A stretch of 64,000 nucleotides of DNA from Gemmatimonadetes bacterium 13_1_40CM_69_22 (GTDB lineage: Bacteria > Gemmatimonadota > Gemmatimonadetes > Gemmatimonadales > GWC2-71-9): assembly GCA_001917665.1 (NCBI GenBank), contig MNEL01000027.1:18866-82865 (forward strand), written 5' to 3'. The position numbers and the translations under genes are program-made. Positions 8,626 through 21,193 of this stretch are shown in pieces. Within the stretch, counting starts at the first letter, position 1. The number at the start of each line of letters is the position of its first letter. The notes under the pieces were generated by a model that saw only the letters and a program-made list of their open reading frames with translations, was not told the DNA's origin and did no database searches.

Positions 8626-9606
8626 TTAGGCTGCCCCCGCTTTCATCAAGTCGTGCAGATGCACCATCCCCACGACCTTGCGGCCGCCGTCCAGCACGGG
8701 GAGCGCCATGATGCCGTGCTGCTCCATGACGCGCACCGCGGCGCCGGCCAGCTCTTCTGGGGTCGTCGCTTTGGGGGTCTTGGTCATCACTTGTCCGACG
8801 GGGAGGTCGAGGAAGTGATTGGTCTTCTCCATCAGGCGCGTGAGGTCTCCGGCGGTGACCACGCCGACGAGATCCCCGCCTGCGTCCACGATCGCCACCG
8901 TGCCCCGCTTCTCCGCGAGCAGCACGACGCACTCGCGCATCGGCCGGTCGGGGAGGAGGGTTGGCACGTCGGCCGTGAGCATCACGTCCGCGACCCGCAG
9001 CAAGAGGTTGCGGCCCAGCGCCCCGCCGGGATGAAGCGCGGCGAACTGGTCGCGGCGGAAGCCTTTCACCTCGAGCAGGGCGACCGCGAGCGCGTCGCCC
9101 AGGGCGAGCGCGACCGTCGTGCTGGCCGTGGGGGCCAGCGTCTCGGGACACGCTTCCTCGGTGACGCTCGCGTCGAGCACGACGTCCGCCTGACGCGCGA
9201 GGATCGATTCGCCATCGCCGGTGATCGCGACGATGGGCACGCCCAGCCGCTTGAGCTGGCCCACGAGCCCGAACAGCTCGTCCGACGCACCGCTCTTCGA
9301 GAGCAGGAGCGCCGCGTCGTCGCGGTCGACGATGCCCAGGTCGCCGTGCAGCGAGTCCACGGGATGGAGGAACGACGCGGGCGTGCCGGTCGAGGTGAGC
9401 GTCGCGGCGATTTTGCGCGCGATCAGCCCGGACTTGCCGACGCCCGAGACGATGAGCCGGCCCGGTGCCGCCGCGAGCAGCCGCACCGCTGCCGCGAACG
9501 GGGGCCCCAGCCGCTCGGCGACCCGTCGGATCGCCGCCGCTTCGAGGGCCAGGACCCGGCGCCCGCGCTCAACGAGATCGATGGGCTCGGTGCGCGACAT
9601 CGCCAC
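8626..9606 (-). CDS. kdsD: Arabinose-5-phosphate isomerase (SIS domain plus CBS pair)
   Basis: GRLIVSGVGKSGLIARKIAATLTSTGTPASFLHPVDSLHGDLG (SIS) followed by two CBS motifs. First start is GTG 9606, with an ATG at 9600. It overlaps the kdsC 3' end by about 32-38 nt. Confidence 0.9.
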   Translation of the reverse strand: MAMSRTEPIDLVERGRRVLALEAAAIRRVAERLGPPFAAAVRLLAAAPGRLIVSGVGKSGLIARKIAATLTSTGTPASFLHPVDSLHGDLGIVDRDDAALLLSKSGASDELFGLVGQLKRLGVPIVAITGDGESILARQADVVLDASVTEEACPETLAPTASTTVALALGDALAVALLEVKGFRRDQFAALHPGGALGRNLLLRVADVMLTADVPTLLPDRPMRECVVLLAEKRGTVAIVDAGGDLVGVVTAGDLTRLMEKTNHFLDLPVGQVMTKTPKATTPEELAGAAVRVMEQHGIMALPVLDGGRKVVGMVHLHDLMKAGAA

Positions 9607-10141
9607 GCTCCACGAAGTACTGCGACAAGAGGTCCTGCCACTCGCCCCGCGCCCGGAGGATCAGCTCCGCCACTTCCCGGGCCGCGCCCTGCCCGCCGGG
9701 CACCGCGGTCACGACGCGCGCTGCCGCTTTCACCTCGGTGACCGCGTTCGGCACCGCAATGGGAAGCCCTACGCGCGTGAGCAGCGGCAGGTCCGCGAGG
9801 TCGTCTCCCACGAACGCACACTCTTCCCAGGCGAGCCCGCGCCGCTCGCGCAGCGCTTCGAACACGGGAAGCTTGCGCGCGCTCGGGTCCTGGATCACTT
9901 CGTCGATCGCAAGCTCGCGCGCGCGCTGCGCCGTCGCGGCGGACTCGCGACCGCTCACCCACACGACCACGAGCCCTGCGGTCTTGAGCAGCCGGATTCC
10001 CAGCCCGTCCTGGATGTGGAAGCGCTTGAACTCGACGGGGTGGTCGCCGACCATGCCGAGGTAGACGCCGTTGTCGGTGAGGACGCCGTCGACGTCGAAG
10101 CCGACGAGCTTCAAGCGGCGGGCGAGGGCAGCGTCGATCAT
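9569..10141 (-). CDS. kdsC: 3-deoxy-D-manno-octulosonate 8-phosphate phosphatase (HAD family)
   Basis: Start taken at MIDAALARRLKLVGFDVDGVLTDN (HAD DxDG motif); also ...FVGDDLADLP. The track ORF's upstream 82 codons look like GC noise. Confidence 0.85.
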   Translation of the reverse strand: MIDAALARRLKLVGFDVDGVLTDNGVYLGMVGDHPVEFKRFHIQDGLGIRLLKTAGLVVVWVSGRESAATAQRARELAIDEVIQDPSARKLPVFEALRERRGLAWEECAFVGDDLADLPLLTRVGLPIAVPNAVTEVKAAARVVTAVPGGQGAAREVAELILRARGEWQDLLSQYFVERGDVAHRAHRSR

Positions 10142-10399
10142 CGCGTGGCTGCCCGAGGACGGGGGGCGCGACTCCGGTGGCGCCCATACTTCCCCGCCCC
10201 GCCACGCCGTCGGACGCCCCCTGCGTCGTGCCCCCCGTCCTCGGGCCGTACGTGGAGGGCGGCGCCTGCGCGGCGTCCACCGTCCTCGGGCGTGGAACGC
10301 GATGGGCCCGCGGGTCGGAGGGGTCGGCCCTGGGCGGCGGATGCGGGGCGGTTGTACGGGCCGACCGCGGAGCGCCCGCGGGCCCAAGCGTTCAAGGGC

Positions 10400-11212
10400 C
10401 TACGCACGGACCGCCTCCCGCGCCCGCTGCCAGACTTCGAGCGCCACGCTCACAATCGCCGGCAGCTGGTCGAGCGGCAGCATGTTCGGCCCGTCGGACG
10501 GAGCGCGGTCGGGGTCGGGGTGCGTCTCGAGGAAGAACCCGTCCGCGCCGGCCGCGGCGGCGGCGTACAGGAGCGGCGGGATGAATTCCCGCAGGCCGCC
10601 GCTCGAGCCGCCCTCGCCCTTGCCCGGCTGCTGTACCGCGTGGGTGGCGTCGTAGACGACGGGGACGCCGCAGGCCGCCCGCAGACGGGCGAAGTTCCGC
10701 ATGTCCACCACCAGATCGCCGTAGCCGAAGAATGTGCCCCGCTCGGTCACCGCCACTTCCGGGGCGCCCCCCGCGCGCACCTTTTCGACCGCACCCTGCA
10801 TCCCGTCGGGCGACAGCCACTGGCCCTTCTTGACGTTGACCGCGCGCCCGGCACGTCCGGCGGCGACGAGCAGGTCCGTCTGGCGGCACAGAAACGCTGG
10901 GATCTGCAGCACGTCGGCCACCTGGGCTGCCGCGAGGACCTGACCCGCGTCGTGGACGTCGGTGAGGATGGGAAGGCCGGTCTCCGAGCGGACCGTGGCG
11001 AGCGCCTGGAGCCCGCGCTCGAGGCCGGGGCCGCGCGCGCCCTTCAGGCGCGAGCGGTTCGCTTTGTCGAAGGACCCCTTGTAGATGACGTGCACGCCGA
11101 GCTTGGTGCCGAGCTCGGCGAGCGCTTCACCGACTCGCAGGTTGAGCTCGTCCGATTCGACGACGCACGGCCCCGCGATGAGGAACGGGGTGGCTCCGAA
11201 GTGCTGGCCCAT
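10400..11212 (-). CDS. kdsA: 2-dehydro-3-deoxyphosphooctonate aldolase (KDO-8-P synthase)
   Basis: 270 aa: FLIAGPCVVES...VIYKGSFDKANRS...ILTDVH...LQIPAFLCRQTDL...DATHAVQ. Confidence 0.95.
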   Translation of the reverse strand: MGQHFGATPFLIAGPCVVESDELNLRVGEALAELGTKLGVHVIYKGSFDKANRSRLKGARGPGLERGLQALATVRSETGLPILTDVHDAGQVLAAAQVADVLQIPAFLCRQTDLLVAAGRAGRAVNVKKGQWLSPDGMQGAVEKVRAGGAPEVAVTERGTFFGYGDLVVDMRNFARLRAACGVPVVYDATHAVQQPGKGEGGSSGGLREFIPPLLYAAAAAGADGFFLETHPDPDRAPSDGPNMLPLDQLPAIVSVALEVWQRAREAVRA

Positions 11213-11215
11213 GGC

Positions 11216-13623
<2,408 letters not shown>

Positions 13624-13654
13624 GGAGGAACATACAAGATGCGTGCCGCGACGT

Positions 13655-14245
13655 CTAGGGCATGGCGCGTGCCACGCCTAAGAAATTCTCCAGCAATCGC
13701 TTACCGTGCTCCGTCCCGATGGACTCGGGATGGAATTGCACACCGTAGATCGGGTACTTCCGGTGCTTCATGGCCATGATCTCGGCGTCTTTGGGCCGGT
13801 CCGCGCTCCAGGCGGTGATCACGAGATCCTTGGGGAGCGAGCCGGGCTCGACGACGAGCGAGTGGTACCGCATGCCGGTCACCGGGCTGGGAATGCCCTC
13901 GAACAGCTCGTCGGCGTCATGGAGTACCGGGCACGTCTTGCCGTGCATCAGCCGGTCGGCCCGCACCACGCGGCCACCGAACGCCTCGCCGATGGCCTGG
14001 TGGCCGAGGCAGACGCCGAGGACGGGGATCTTCCCTGCCAGGGCCCGTACCAGCGGCACCAGGATCCCCGCGTCGCGGGGCGTGCACGGTCCGGGCGAGA
14101 GCACCGCTGCGCGCGGCTTCAGCGCGAGCACCTCCTCGACCGTGAGCGCGTCGTTGCGGTACACGACCGGGTCCTGGCCCAACTCGCCGAACAGCTGGAC
14201 GAGGTTGTACGTGAAGGAGTCGTAGTTGTCGAGGACGAAGAGCAT
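13655..14245 (-). CDS. Glutamine amidotransferase component II of anthranilate / aminodeoxychorismate synthase
   Basis: MLFVLDNYDSFTYNLVQ...LSPGPCTP...GVCLGHQAIG...HPES: class-I GATase of the TrpG/PabA type. TrpG and PabA cannot be distinguished from sequence alone. Confidence 0.85.
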   Translation of the reverse strand: MLFVLDNYDSFTYNLVQLFGELGQDPVVYRNDALTVEEVLALKPRAAVLSPGPCTPRDAGILVPLVRALAGKIPVLGVCLGHQAIGEAFGGRVVRADRLMHGKTCPVLHDADELFEGIPSPVTGMRYHSLVVEPGSLPKDLVITAWSADRPKDAEIMAMKHRKYPIYGVQFHPESIGTEHGKRLLENFLGVARAMP

Positions 14246-14263
14246 GGGAGCTGTGCGCGCGGT

Positions 14264-15178
14264 TCACGCCCGCGGATGATACTGCCGGTGGACGCTGCGG
14301 AGGTAGTCCCGGTCCACGTGGGTGTAGAGCTGCGTCGTGGCGAGGTCGGCGTGCCCCAGCATCTCCTGAACCGCCCGCAGGTCCGCGCCGCCCTCGAGCA
14401 GATGGGTGGCGAAGCTGTGGCGCAGGGTATGGGGCGTGACCCGCTTGGTGAGGCCGGCGAGCTTCGCGGCGCGCTTGATGATCATCCAGGCGCCGACGCG
14501 CGACAGCGGCGTGCCACGCGCGTTGAGAAACAGGACGCCGCGCGTCTTCCCCCTGTCGAAGCGCGGCCGGATCTCGCGCGCGTACAGCGCCACGGCGCCG
14601 AGCGCGCGCCGCCCCACGGGGACGATGCGCTGTTTCGCGCCCTTGCCGAAAATCCGCGCCAGCCCGTCCTCGTACAGGAGATCCTGGGGCTTCATGCCCA
14701 CCACCTCCGAGACGCGCGCTCCCGTCGCGTACACGAACTCGAGCAACGCTCGATCCCGCATCGCGAGCGGCTCGTCGGTGTTGGGCGCCGCGAGCAGCCG
14801 CCCCACCTCGGCTACGGTCAGCACCGTCGGCAAGGTGCGCCAGTGCTTGGGTGATTCGAGCCGTTCGCTCGGGTCGCGAGTCGCGTGCCCTTCCCCGACC
14901 AGGAACCGGTAGTACGTGCGGATCGCCGAGATCTGGCGACGGATCGTGGCCGGGGCGAGGCCGAGGTCCTTCAGATCGTAGATGAACTCGCGCAGCTGTG
15001 CCGCGGTGATGGCGTCGGGGCGGCCGGCGCCCCGGGCTGCCGCGTGGGCAATGAGCCGCCCGATGTCGCGGACGTAGTTTCCGACCGTATTCGCACTGTT
15101 TCCGGCCTCCAGGGCGAGATAGTCACGGAACTGCTCAACTTGAAAGACGCGGTCGAGCTCGCTCACGCTCACAGCCAC
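14264..15178 (-). CDS. xerD: Tyrosine recombinase, XerD type
   Basis: Catalytic motifs ATGARVSE...HTLRHSFATHLLEGGADLRAVQEMLGHADLATTQLYTHV and a C-terminal ...YHPRA, as in E. coli XerD. GTG start. Confidence 0.85.
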   Translation of the reverse strand: MAVSVSELDRVFQVEQFRDYLALEAGNSANTVGNYVRDIGRLIAHAAARGAGRPDAITAAQLREFIYDLKDLGLAPATIRRQISAIRTYYRFLVGEGHATRDPSERLESPKHWRTLPTVLTVAEVGRLLAAPNTDEPLAMRDRALLEFVYATGARVSEVVGMKPQDLLYEDGLARIFGKGAKQRIVPVGRRALGAVALYAREIRPRFDRGKTRGVLFLNARGTPLSRVGAWMIIKRAAKLAGLTKRVTPHTLRHSFATHLLEGGADLRAVQEMLGHADLATTQLYTHVDRDYLRSVHRQYHPRA

Positions 15179-15666
15179 CGCCGCACCCGCGCCTGGTACG
15201 CCCGATACTCATCGCCGAACTTGCGCTCCAGGTATGCCTCCTCCCGCGCGACGACCCACCACCGGATCACGATGAGCACCACGGGCAACACCACGAGCGG
15301 CCACAGCGAGTTGATGAGCAGCGTGACGCCGACGTAGAGCGCTGCGAGCCCGAGGTACATCGGGTTGCGGGTGAAGCGGTAGGGGCCCCGCACTACGAGC
15401 GCCGTAGTGGGCTGGATGGGAACCGGACTCGTGCCGGCCCGGCGAAACAGCATGATGGCGCTCGCCGCGATCGCAACGCCCGCGCCGGCGAGGACCCAGC
15501 CGAGCAGTGTCCGGGCTCCGCCATCCACACCGATCGGCGCGGGTTTCAGTCGATCCAGCGCGTACCCGATGCCCAGCCCCAGCGCGTAGACGAAGGGCGG
15601 CGGAAACACGACTCCCGAACTGTCGGCGCTAGCGTCCGGCATGGTGGGGGCTCCGGTTGGCGTCAC
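15169..15666 (-). CDS. Isoprenylcysteine carboxyl methyltransferase (ICMT/PEMT) family membrane protein
   Basis: Polytopic membrane protein with GPYRFTRNPMYLG...REEAYLERKFGDEY motifs. GTG start at 15666. Confidence 0.8.
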   Translation of the reverse strand: MTPTGAPTMPDASADSSGVVFPPPFVYALGLGIGYALDRLKPAPIGVDGGARTLLGWVLAGAGVAIAASAIMLFRRAGTSPVPIQPTTALVVRGPYRFTRNPMYLGLAALYVGVTLLINSLWPLVVLPVVLIVIRWWVVAREEAYLERKFGDEYRAYQARVRRWL

Positions 15667-15672
15667 GCGATT

Positions 15673-15706
15673 CTAACGCCTCAGGCGGCGCCAAATCCAT
15701 AGCCCG
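15673..15706. repeat. Left copy of a 34-bp perfect direct repeat (orphan copy of the dedA 3' end)
   Basis: CTAACGCCTCAGGCGGCGCCAAATCCATAGCCCG, identical to 29505-29538. It lies 6 nt upstream of the ICMT-family GTG start. Confidence 0.95.
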
Positions 15707-15787
15707 GGCGGCTTGCGGCCGCTGCGGTGTAGCTTAATCGTTCTTCGCGGCCAAGCTGCGCTTTTCACCCGCAGACCGGAAACACGC

Positions 15788-18418
15788 ATGAAACGGATGC
15801 TGCTCGCCGCCGCCGCTGTGCTGTGCCACCCGCTCACCAACCCTAGCGGGGTGCAGGCGCAGACGCCGGCCTACCAGAACCAGGAGCTCCCATTCGAGGT
15901 GCGGGTCAGCGACCTCGTCGGCCGCATGACGCTCGAGGAGAAGGTCTCGCAGATGAAGGATGTGGCCCCCGCGATCGAGCGGCTGGGCATCCCCGAGTAC
16001 AACTGGTGGAACGAAGCGCTGCACGGGGTCGCGCGCTCCGGCCTCGCGACGAGCTTTCCCCAGGCGATCGGCCTGGCCGCCACCTGGGACGACAGCCTCA
16101 TGTTCCGGATGGCGACCGTCATCTCCGACGAGGCCCGCGCCAAGCACCACGAGTACGTTCGCACCGGCAGCCACCAGCGGTATCAAGGTCTGACCTTTTG
16201 GTCCCCCAACATCAATCTGTTCCGCGACCCGCGGTGGGGCCGCGGCCAGGAGACCTATGGCGAGGATCCGTTCCTCACGGGCCGCCTCGCCGTGCAGTTC
16301 ATCCGCGGGCTGCAAGGTGACGACCCGAAGTACCTGAAGACCGTCGCCACCGTGAAGCACTTCGCCGTGCACAGCGGCCCGGAGCCGGAGCGCCACCAAT
16401 TCGACGCCGTGGTGAGCGAGCGGGACCTGCGCGAGAGCTACCTGCCCCACTTCGCGACCGGCATCCGCGAGGGCGGCGCGTACTCTCTGATGTGCGCCTA
16501 CAACCGCGTCGACGGCAAAGCCGCCTGCGGCAGCGACATGCTGCTCAAGGACATTCTCCGCGGCGAATGGGGCTTCCCCGGGTATGTCGTGTCCGACTGC
16601 GGCGCGATCGACGACATGTACCTCCGCCACAAGGTGGTGCACACCGCACCCGAGGCGGCCGCGCTGGGGGTGAAGACTGGCACCGACTTGGACTGCGGCC
16701 GGGTGTATCCCAACCTGATCGAGGCGGTGAAGCAGGGACTGATCACCGAGCACGAGATCGCTACGTCGGTGGAGCGGCTGTTCCTGGCGCGCTTCAAGCT
16801 CGGCATGTTCGACTCGCCCGAGCGGGTGCGCTGGGCACGGATCCCCTACAACGTCCTCGACCAGCCGGCGCATCGCGAGCTGGCGCGCCAGGCCGCGCGC
16901 GAGTCCATGGTGCTCCTCAAGAATGCCGGCGGCGTGCTGCCGTTGCACAAGACCCTCCGCACCATCGCGGTGATCGGGCCCAACGCCGACCAGTGGCGCA
17001 TGCTGCTCGGCAACTACAACGGGTTGCCGGCGGACCCCGTCACGCCGCTGCGCGGCATCCGTGAAGCCGTGGCGAAGGGAACGCGGGTGCTCTACGCCCG
17101 CGGCGCGGACCTCGCCGACGGCTTTCCGGTCCTCGACGTCGTACCGGCCGGCGTGCTGTTCACGTCCGAGCGTCGGCGCGGACTGCGTGTCGAGTACTTC
17201 GGGAGTCGGACGATGGCGGGCACGCCCCGCTTCAGCGGCACCGACACGACCCTCGACGCCAACTGGCGCGACGGGGCGCCGCGCCAGGACATGAATGTCG
17301 ACGATTTCGGGGTGCGCTGGACGGGTGCGCTGCGGCCGGCTGTGAGCGGAACGTACCGGCTCGGCCTGATCGGCACGGTCAAGTTTCAGCTCTTCCTCGA
17401 CGACAGTCTCGTGATCCGGTCGGTCTATCCGACACATGACGGCGAGTTCCCGGACCCGCGGCTCGTCCAGAGCGAGCCGCTCCAGCTCGAGGCAGGCCGC
17501 AGCTACCGGCTGCGGGTCGACGCCCAGGAGTCGTACGGCGAGGCGCAGCTCCAGCTCCTCTGGTCGGTGCCCCACGAGACGCTCGCGGGCGAGGCCGTGA
17601 AAGTCGCGCAGCAGGCGGACGCGGTCGTGCTGTTCCTCGGCCTGACGGCGCGCCTCGAGGGCGAGGAGATGCCGGTTCAGATCGAGGGGTTCCGCGGCGG
17701 CGATCGCACGCGGATCGACCTTCCGGCGCCCCAAGAGCAGCTGCTCGAGCGCATCGGCGCGGTCGGCAAGCCCACCGTGCTGGTGCTGCTCAGCGGCAGC
17801 GCGTTGGCAGTGAACTGGGCCCAGGACCACGTCCCGGCGATCGTGCAGGCGTGGTATCCAGGCCAGGCGGCTGGGACGGCGATCGCCGACGTGCTGTTCG
17901 GCGACTACAACCCGGGCGGTCGGCTGCCCGTCACGTTTTACCGTAGCGCGGACGACCTACCGTCCTTCGAGGACTACCGCATGGCGGGGCGGACGTATCG
18001 CTTCTTCAAGGGCACTCCGCTCTACCCCTTCGGCCATGGGCTCAGCTACACCACGTTCGGCTACAAAGACCTGCGCACCAGTGCCGACACCCTTCCAGCC
18101 GACGGCAGGATCACGGTGCGCGTGGACGTGACGAACAGCGGCAAGCGGGCCGGCGATGAGGTGGTGCAGCTGTACGTGCAACACCTCGGCTCGACCGTCG
18201 AGCGGTCGATCAGAGAGCTCAAGGGTTACAAGCGCGTTGCCTTGAAGCCCGGCGAGACCCGGACGGTGGAGCTGCCGCTCGCGGCAGCCTCGCTCGCCTA
18301 CTGGGATTCCGGGGGACATCACTGGGTCGTCGAGTCAGAGGCCGTTCGGATCCAGGTCGGGGCGTCTTCCACCGACATCCGGCTCGACAAGCCGATCACG
18401 GTGACGCGGGTGCGCTGA
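15788..18418 (+). CDS. Secreted glycoside hydrolase family 3 (beta-glucosidase/beta-xylosidase) with PA14 insertion
   Basis: Start taken at MKRMLLAAAAVLCHPL...VQAQT (signal peptide). GH3 motifs include NWWNEALHGV, FWSPNINLFRDPRWGRGQETYGEDP and GYVVSDCGAI. The PA14-like segment is DDFGVRWTGALRPAVSGTYRLGL. Confidence 0.9.
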   Translation: MKRMLLAAAAVLCHPLTNPSGVQAQTPAYQNQELPFEVRVSDLVGRMTLEEKVSQMKDVAPAIERLGIPEYNWWNEALHGVARSGLATSFPQAIGLAATWDDSLMFRMATVISDEARAKHHEYVRTGSHQRYQGLTFWSPNINLFRDPRWGRGQETYGEDPFLTGRLAVQFIRGLQGDDPKYLKTVATVKHFAVHSGPEPERHQFDAVVSERDLRESYLPHFATGIREGGAYSLMCAYNRVDGKAACGSDMLLKDILRGEWGFPGYVVSDCGAIDDMYLRHKVVHTAPEAAALGVKTGTDLDCGRVYPNLIEAVKQGLITEHEIATSVERLFLARFKLGMFDSPERVRWARIPYNVLDQPAHRELARQAARESMVLLKNAGGVLPLHKTLRTIAVIGPNADQWRMLLGNYNGLPADPVTPLRGIREAVAKGTRVLYARGADLADGFPVLDVVPAGVLFTSERRRGLRVEYFGSRTMAGTPRFSGTDTTLDANWRDGAPRQDMNVDDFGVRWTGALRPAVSGTYRLGLIGTVKFQLFLDDSLVIRSVYPTHDGEFPDPRLVQSEPLQLEAGRSYRLRVDAQESYGEAQLQLLWSVPHETLAGEAVKVAQQADAVVLFLGLTARLEGEEMPVQIEGFRGGDRTRIDLPAPQEQLLERIGAVGKPTVLVLLSGSALAVNWAQDHVPAIVQAWYPGQAAGTAIADVLFGDYNPGGRLPVTFYRSADDLPSFEDYRMAGRTYRFFKGTPLYPFGHGLSYTTFGYKDLRTSADTLPADGRITVRVDVTNSGKRAGDEVVQLYVQHLGSTVERSIRELKGYKRVALKPGETRTVELPLAAASLAYWDSGGHHWVVESEAVRIQVGASSTDIRLDKPITVTRVR

Positions 18419-18427
18419 GGCGCTCGC

Positions 18428-19942
18428 TCAGCCGACTCGAGGCTCGGTGGTCCGCGGGGGCCGGGAGGCGGGATAGGACGCTCGGAAGCGATCGTACAAC
18501 GCCTGGTAGGCCCGATGCGCCTGCGGGTCCGGGTACGCCGGCGGTGCCCGAGTCAGGGTGTGTCGCACCGCGGCCGCGAGATCGGGAAACGCGCCGGCTC
18601 CGACGGCAGCCAGGAGTGCAGCCCCGTAGGCCGGTCCCTCCTCGCGGTCGACCGTGCTGACCGGAAGCCCGAACACATCGGCCTGGAGCCGGCGGATGAG
18701 CGGGTTGCGGGCGCCGCCGCCGGTCAACAGGAGATGACTGGGTGCGAGCCCCAGCTCCTGGAGAATCGAGACGGAGTCGCGCAGCGCGAAGCAGACGCCC
18801 TCCAGCACGGCCCGGGTCAGGTGAGCGCGCGAATGCGCCAGGCTGAGGCCGACGAATGCGCCGCGCATGGCGGCATCCCGGTGCGGCGTCCGCTCCCCTT
18901 GCAGGTACGGGAGGAAGGTGACCCCGTCCGCGCCGGCGGGAATGGCCGCCGCCTCTTCGGTGAGCCGCGCGTCGGGCTGGTCCGCGCCCATTAGATCGCG
19001 GGCGAACTGATCGCGGTACCACGCGAAGGCGCCACCGGCCGAGAGCACCACTCCCATCACGTACCAGACCCCCGGCGCCACGTGACAGAAGGTGTGGGCG
19101 CGGAGGGCGGGATCCACTCGCGGCTCCGCCGTCGGCGCGAGCACGGTCCCAGACGTTCCCCAGCTGGCCACCGCCTCTCCGGGAGTGATCGCGCCGACCC
19201 CCGCCGCGCCGCAAGCGTTGTCCGCGCCGCCGCCTACTACCGGCGTCCCCGGCACGAGCCCCGTGAGCGCTGCGGCCGCCGGCGTGACGTGACCCAACAC
19301 CTCCGACGATCCCCCCACCTCGGGCACCAGCGAGACGGGCAGCCCGACGGCGTCCAGCATGTCACGACTCCACCGTAGCCGCGCGGGGTCGAACATCAGC
19401 GTGCCGGAGGCGTCGGACGGCTCCGTGCCGAGTGTTCCCGTGAGACGCAAGCGAACGAAATCTTTGGCGAGGAGAACCGTGGCCAACCGGGCAAATGCCG
19501 CCGGCTCTTGGTTCCTGAGCCACAGCACCTTGGGCAGCGTGAAGCCTTCCAGCGCTGGGTTGCACACCCAATCGCGCAGCCGCCCCTCACCGCCCACGCG
19601 CTGCGTGATCTCGGCGCATTCGGCGGTGGTTCGCCCGTCGCACCACAGCAGGGCTGGTCGGATCACCTCCGCGGCCCGGTCGAGAAAGACCGAGGAGTGC
19701 ATCTGTCCCGAGATCCCCACAGCCCGTACGCGCCGCGCGGAGCGTGGGGCGAGCAGTTGTCGGATGGACGCGAGGGACGCGTCCCACCAACTGTCCGGAT
19801 GCTGCTCCGCCCAGCCGGGGCGGGGGGTGCTCAGGGCGAGCGGCGTCGTCGCTGTGGCCTCCACCGCTCCCGCCTCGGTCACGAGGAGCGCCTTGACCCC
19901 GCTGGTGCCGACGTCCAGGCCCAGGAAGAGTGCATCGGCCAC
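18428..19942 (-). CDS. xylB: Xylulokinase (FGGY family)
   Basis: FLGLDVGTSGVKALL...GWAEQHPDSWW...GGGADNACGAAG. Start taken at GTG 19942, 2 nt after the xylA TAA. The track's ATG at 19993 would overlap xylA by 50 nt. Confidence 0.85.
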   Translation of the reverse strand: MADALFLGLDVGTSGVKALLVTEAGAVEATATTPLALSTPRPGWAEQHPDSWWDASLASIRQLLAPRSARRVRAVGISGQMHSSVFLDRAAEVIRPALLWCDGRTTAECAEITQRVGGEGRLRDWVCNPALEGFTLPKVLWLRNQEPAAFARLATVLLAKDFVRLRLTGTLGTEPSDASGTLMFDPARLRWSRDMLDAVGLPVSLVPEVGGSSEVLGHVTPAAAALTGLVPGTPVVGGGADNACGAAGVGAITPGEAVASWGTSGTVLAPTAEPRVDPALRAHTFCHVAPGVWYVMGVVLSAGGAFAWYRDQFARDLMGADQPDARLTEEAAAIPAGADGVTFLPYLQGERTPHRDAAMRGAFVGLSLAHSRAHLTRAVLEGVCFALRDSVSILQELGLAPSHLLLTGGGARNPLIRRLQADVFGLPVSTVDREEGPAYGAALLAAVGAGAFPDLAAAVRHTLTRAPPAYPDPQAHRAYQALYDRFRASYPASRPPRTTEPRVG

Positions 19943-19943
19943 G

Positions 19944-21140
19944 TTATCGCACGCCCAGCAACAGCTCCATGGTGAGCTGGTCGAGCCGCTCATAGGCGTA
20001 TCCCTGCCGTCGGATCGCCGGCAGGTCGAACGTCTCGGCCTGGAGCGCGCGCGCCCGCTCGGCGCTAAAGACGATGCGTTCCGCGGGCTTGTCTCCCCCG
20101 CCTCCCCCGCCCCGGGTCCGCAGCTCGGCCAGGAGCTGTTGGATCTCCGGATCCGCGTTGAAGCGCTCGGCCCTTTCCTTCAGGATCAGGTACGTGCGCA
20201 TGCTCCCGGAGGCGAAGTCCCAGACGCCGTCCTCGTCCTCCGTGCGGTAGGCGTGGCTGTCGAAGTGCCGCATCCCCGGCCAGCGCGCGTCTTCGAGCAG
20301 CTTCACGAGGAAGAATGCGCCCTTGGGGTCGTCGCTCCCGAACCGCAGGTCCTGATCGAAGCGTCCCAGTTTCTGCCCGTTCAGGTCGATGTGAAACAGC
20401 TTGCCCGCGTCCAGCGCCTGCGCCACGGCATGCGAGCAGTCGAGCCCCGCCATCTGCTCGTGCGCCACCTCGGGGTTGAGCCCGACCATTTCGGGGTGAT
20501 CGAGCGTGTAGATGAACGCCAGCATGTGGCCGGTCGTGGGGAGGAAGATGTCGCCGCGCGGCTCGTTCGGCTTCGCCTCCAGGGCGAATCTCATGTCGTA
20601 TCGCTGCGCGCGGACATAATCGCACAGGAAGTTGATGGCATCGCGGTACCATCCCAGCGCACTGCGCGCGTCCTTGGCGGCATTAGTCTCGACCCCCTCG
20701 CGCCCGCCCCAGAAGACGTACATGGAGGCGCCGAGCTCGACCCCCAGGTCGATCGCCGCCAAGGTCTTCTGCAGGGCGTACGCGCGCACCCGCGCGTCGT
20801 TGCTGGTGAACGCGCCGTCGCGGAAGGCGGGGTCGGAGAACAGGTTCGTCGTCGCCATCGGAACCTGGAGGCCGGTGGCTTGCAGCGCCGCCGTGAAGTC
20901 CCGCACGATCCGGTCGCGCTCGCTCGCGGCGGCATCCGAGGGCACGAGGTCGTTGTCGTGCAGGTTCACGCCGTAGGCCCCCAGCTCCGCGAGCTTGTGC
21001 ACGATGCGGGCGGGCGGGATCGGTGCGCGGACCGGCTCGCCGAAGGGATCGCGGCCCGGGTTCCCGACGGTCCAGAGGCCGAACGTGAAATGATGCTCCG
21101 GCCGCGGCGTGTAGGCGTCCTGCATGACTCTCCGGTTCAT
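19944..21140 (-). CDS. xylA: Xylose isomerase (short class I type)
   Basis: 398 aa: [17 protein letters not shown]...VFWGGREG...[18 protein letters not shown]...HIDLNGQ. Confidence 0.95.
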   Translation of the reverse strand: MNRRVMQDAYTPRPEHHFTFGLWTVGNPGRDPFGEPVRAPIPPARIVHKLAELGAYGVNLHDNDLVPSDAAASERDRIVRDFTAALQATGLQVPMATTNLFSDPAFRDGAFTSNDARVRAYALQKTLAAIDLGVELGASMYVFWGGREGVETNAAKDARSALGWYRDAINFLCDYVRAQRYDMRFALEAKPNEPRGDIFLPTTGHMLAFIYTLDHPEMVGLNPEVAHEQMAGLDCSHAVAQALDAGKLFHIDLNGQKLGRFDQDLRFGSDDPKGAFFLVKLLEDARWPGMRHFDSHAYRTEDEDGVWDFASGSMRTYLILKERAERFNADPEIQQLLAELRTRGGGGGGDKPAERIVFSAERARALQAETFDLPAIRRQGYAYERLDQLTMELLLGVR

Positions 21141-21193
21141 GAATAGGTCCCGTCGCAGGGGGCCGGCGGGCGGAGCTGTTCTCGTGTCCAGCG

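Noticed and set aside
15673-15706. The 34-bp island-flanking repeat as a dif-like site for Xer-mediated (IMEX-type) integration, given the nearby xerD.
   Set aside because: The sequence lacks the AT-rich 6-bp centre flanked by 11-bp imperfect palindromic arms typical of dif; its only palindrome is CGCCT-C-AGGCG. The xerD gene has housekeeping hallmarks and lies outside the repeats. The idea cannot be excluded, but the sequence does not support it.
18414-18432. GCTGAG-N7-CTCAGC stem spanning the convergent stops of the GH3 gene and xylB, considered as a bidirectional terminator. The AGCGGC-tacc-GCCGCT stem at 26402-26417 after the protease gene was considered similarly.
   Set aside because: Each has only a 6-bp stem and no U/T-rich tract on either side, which is too weak to call.
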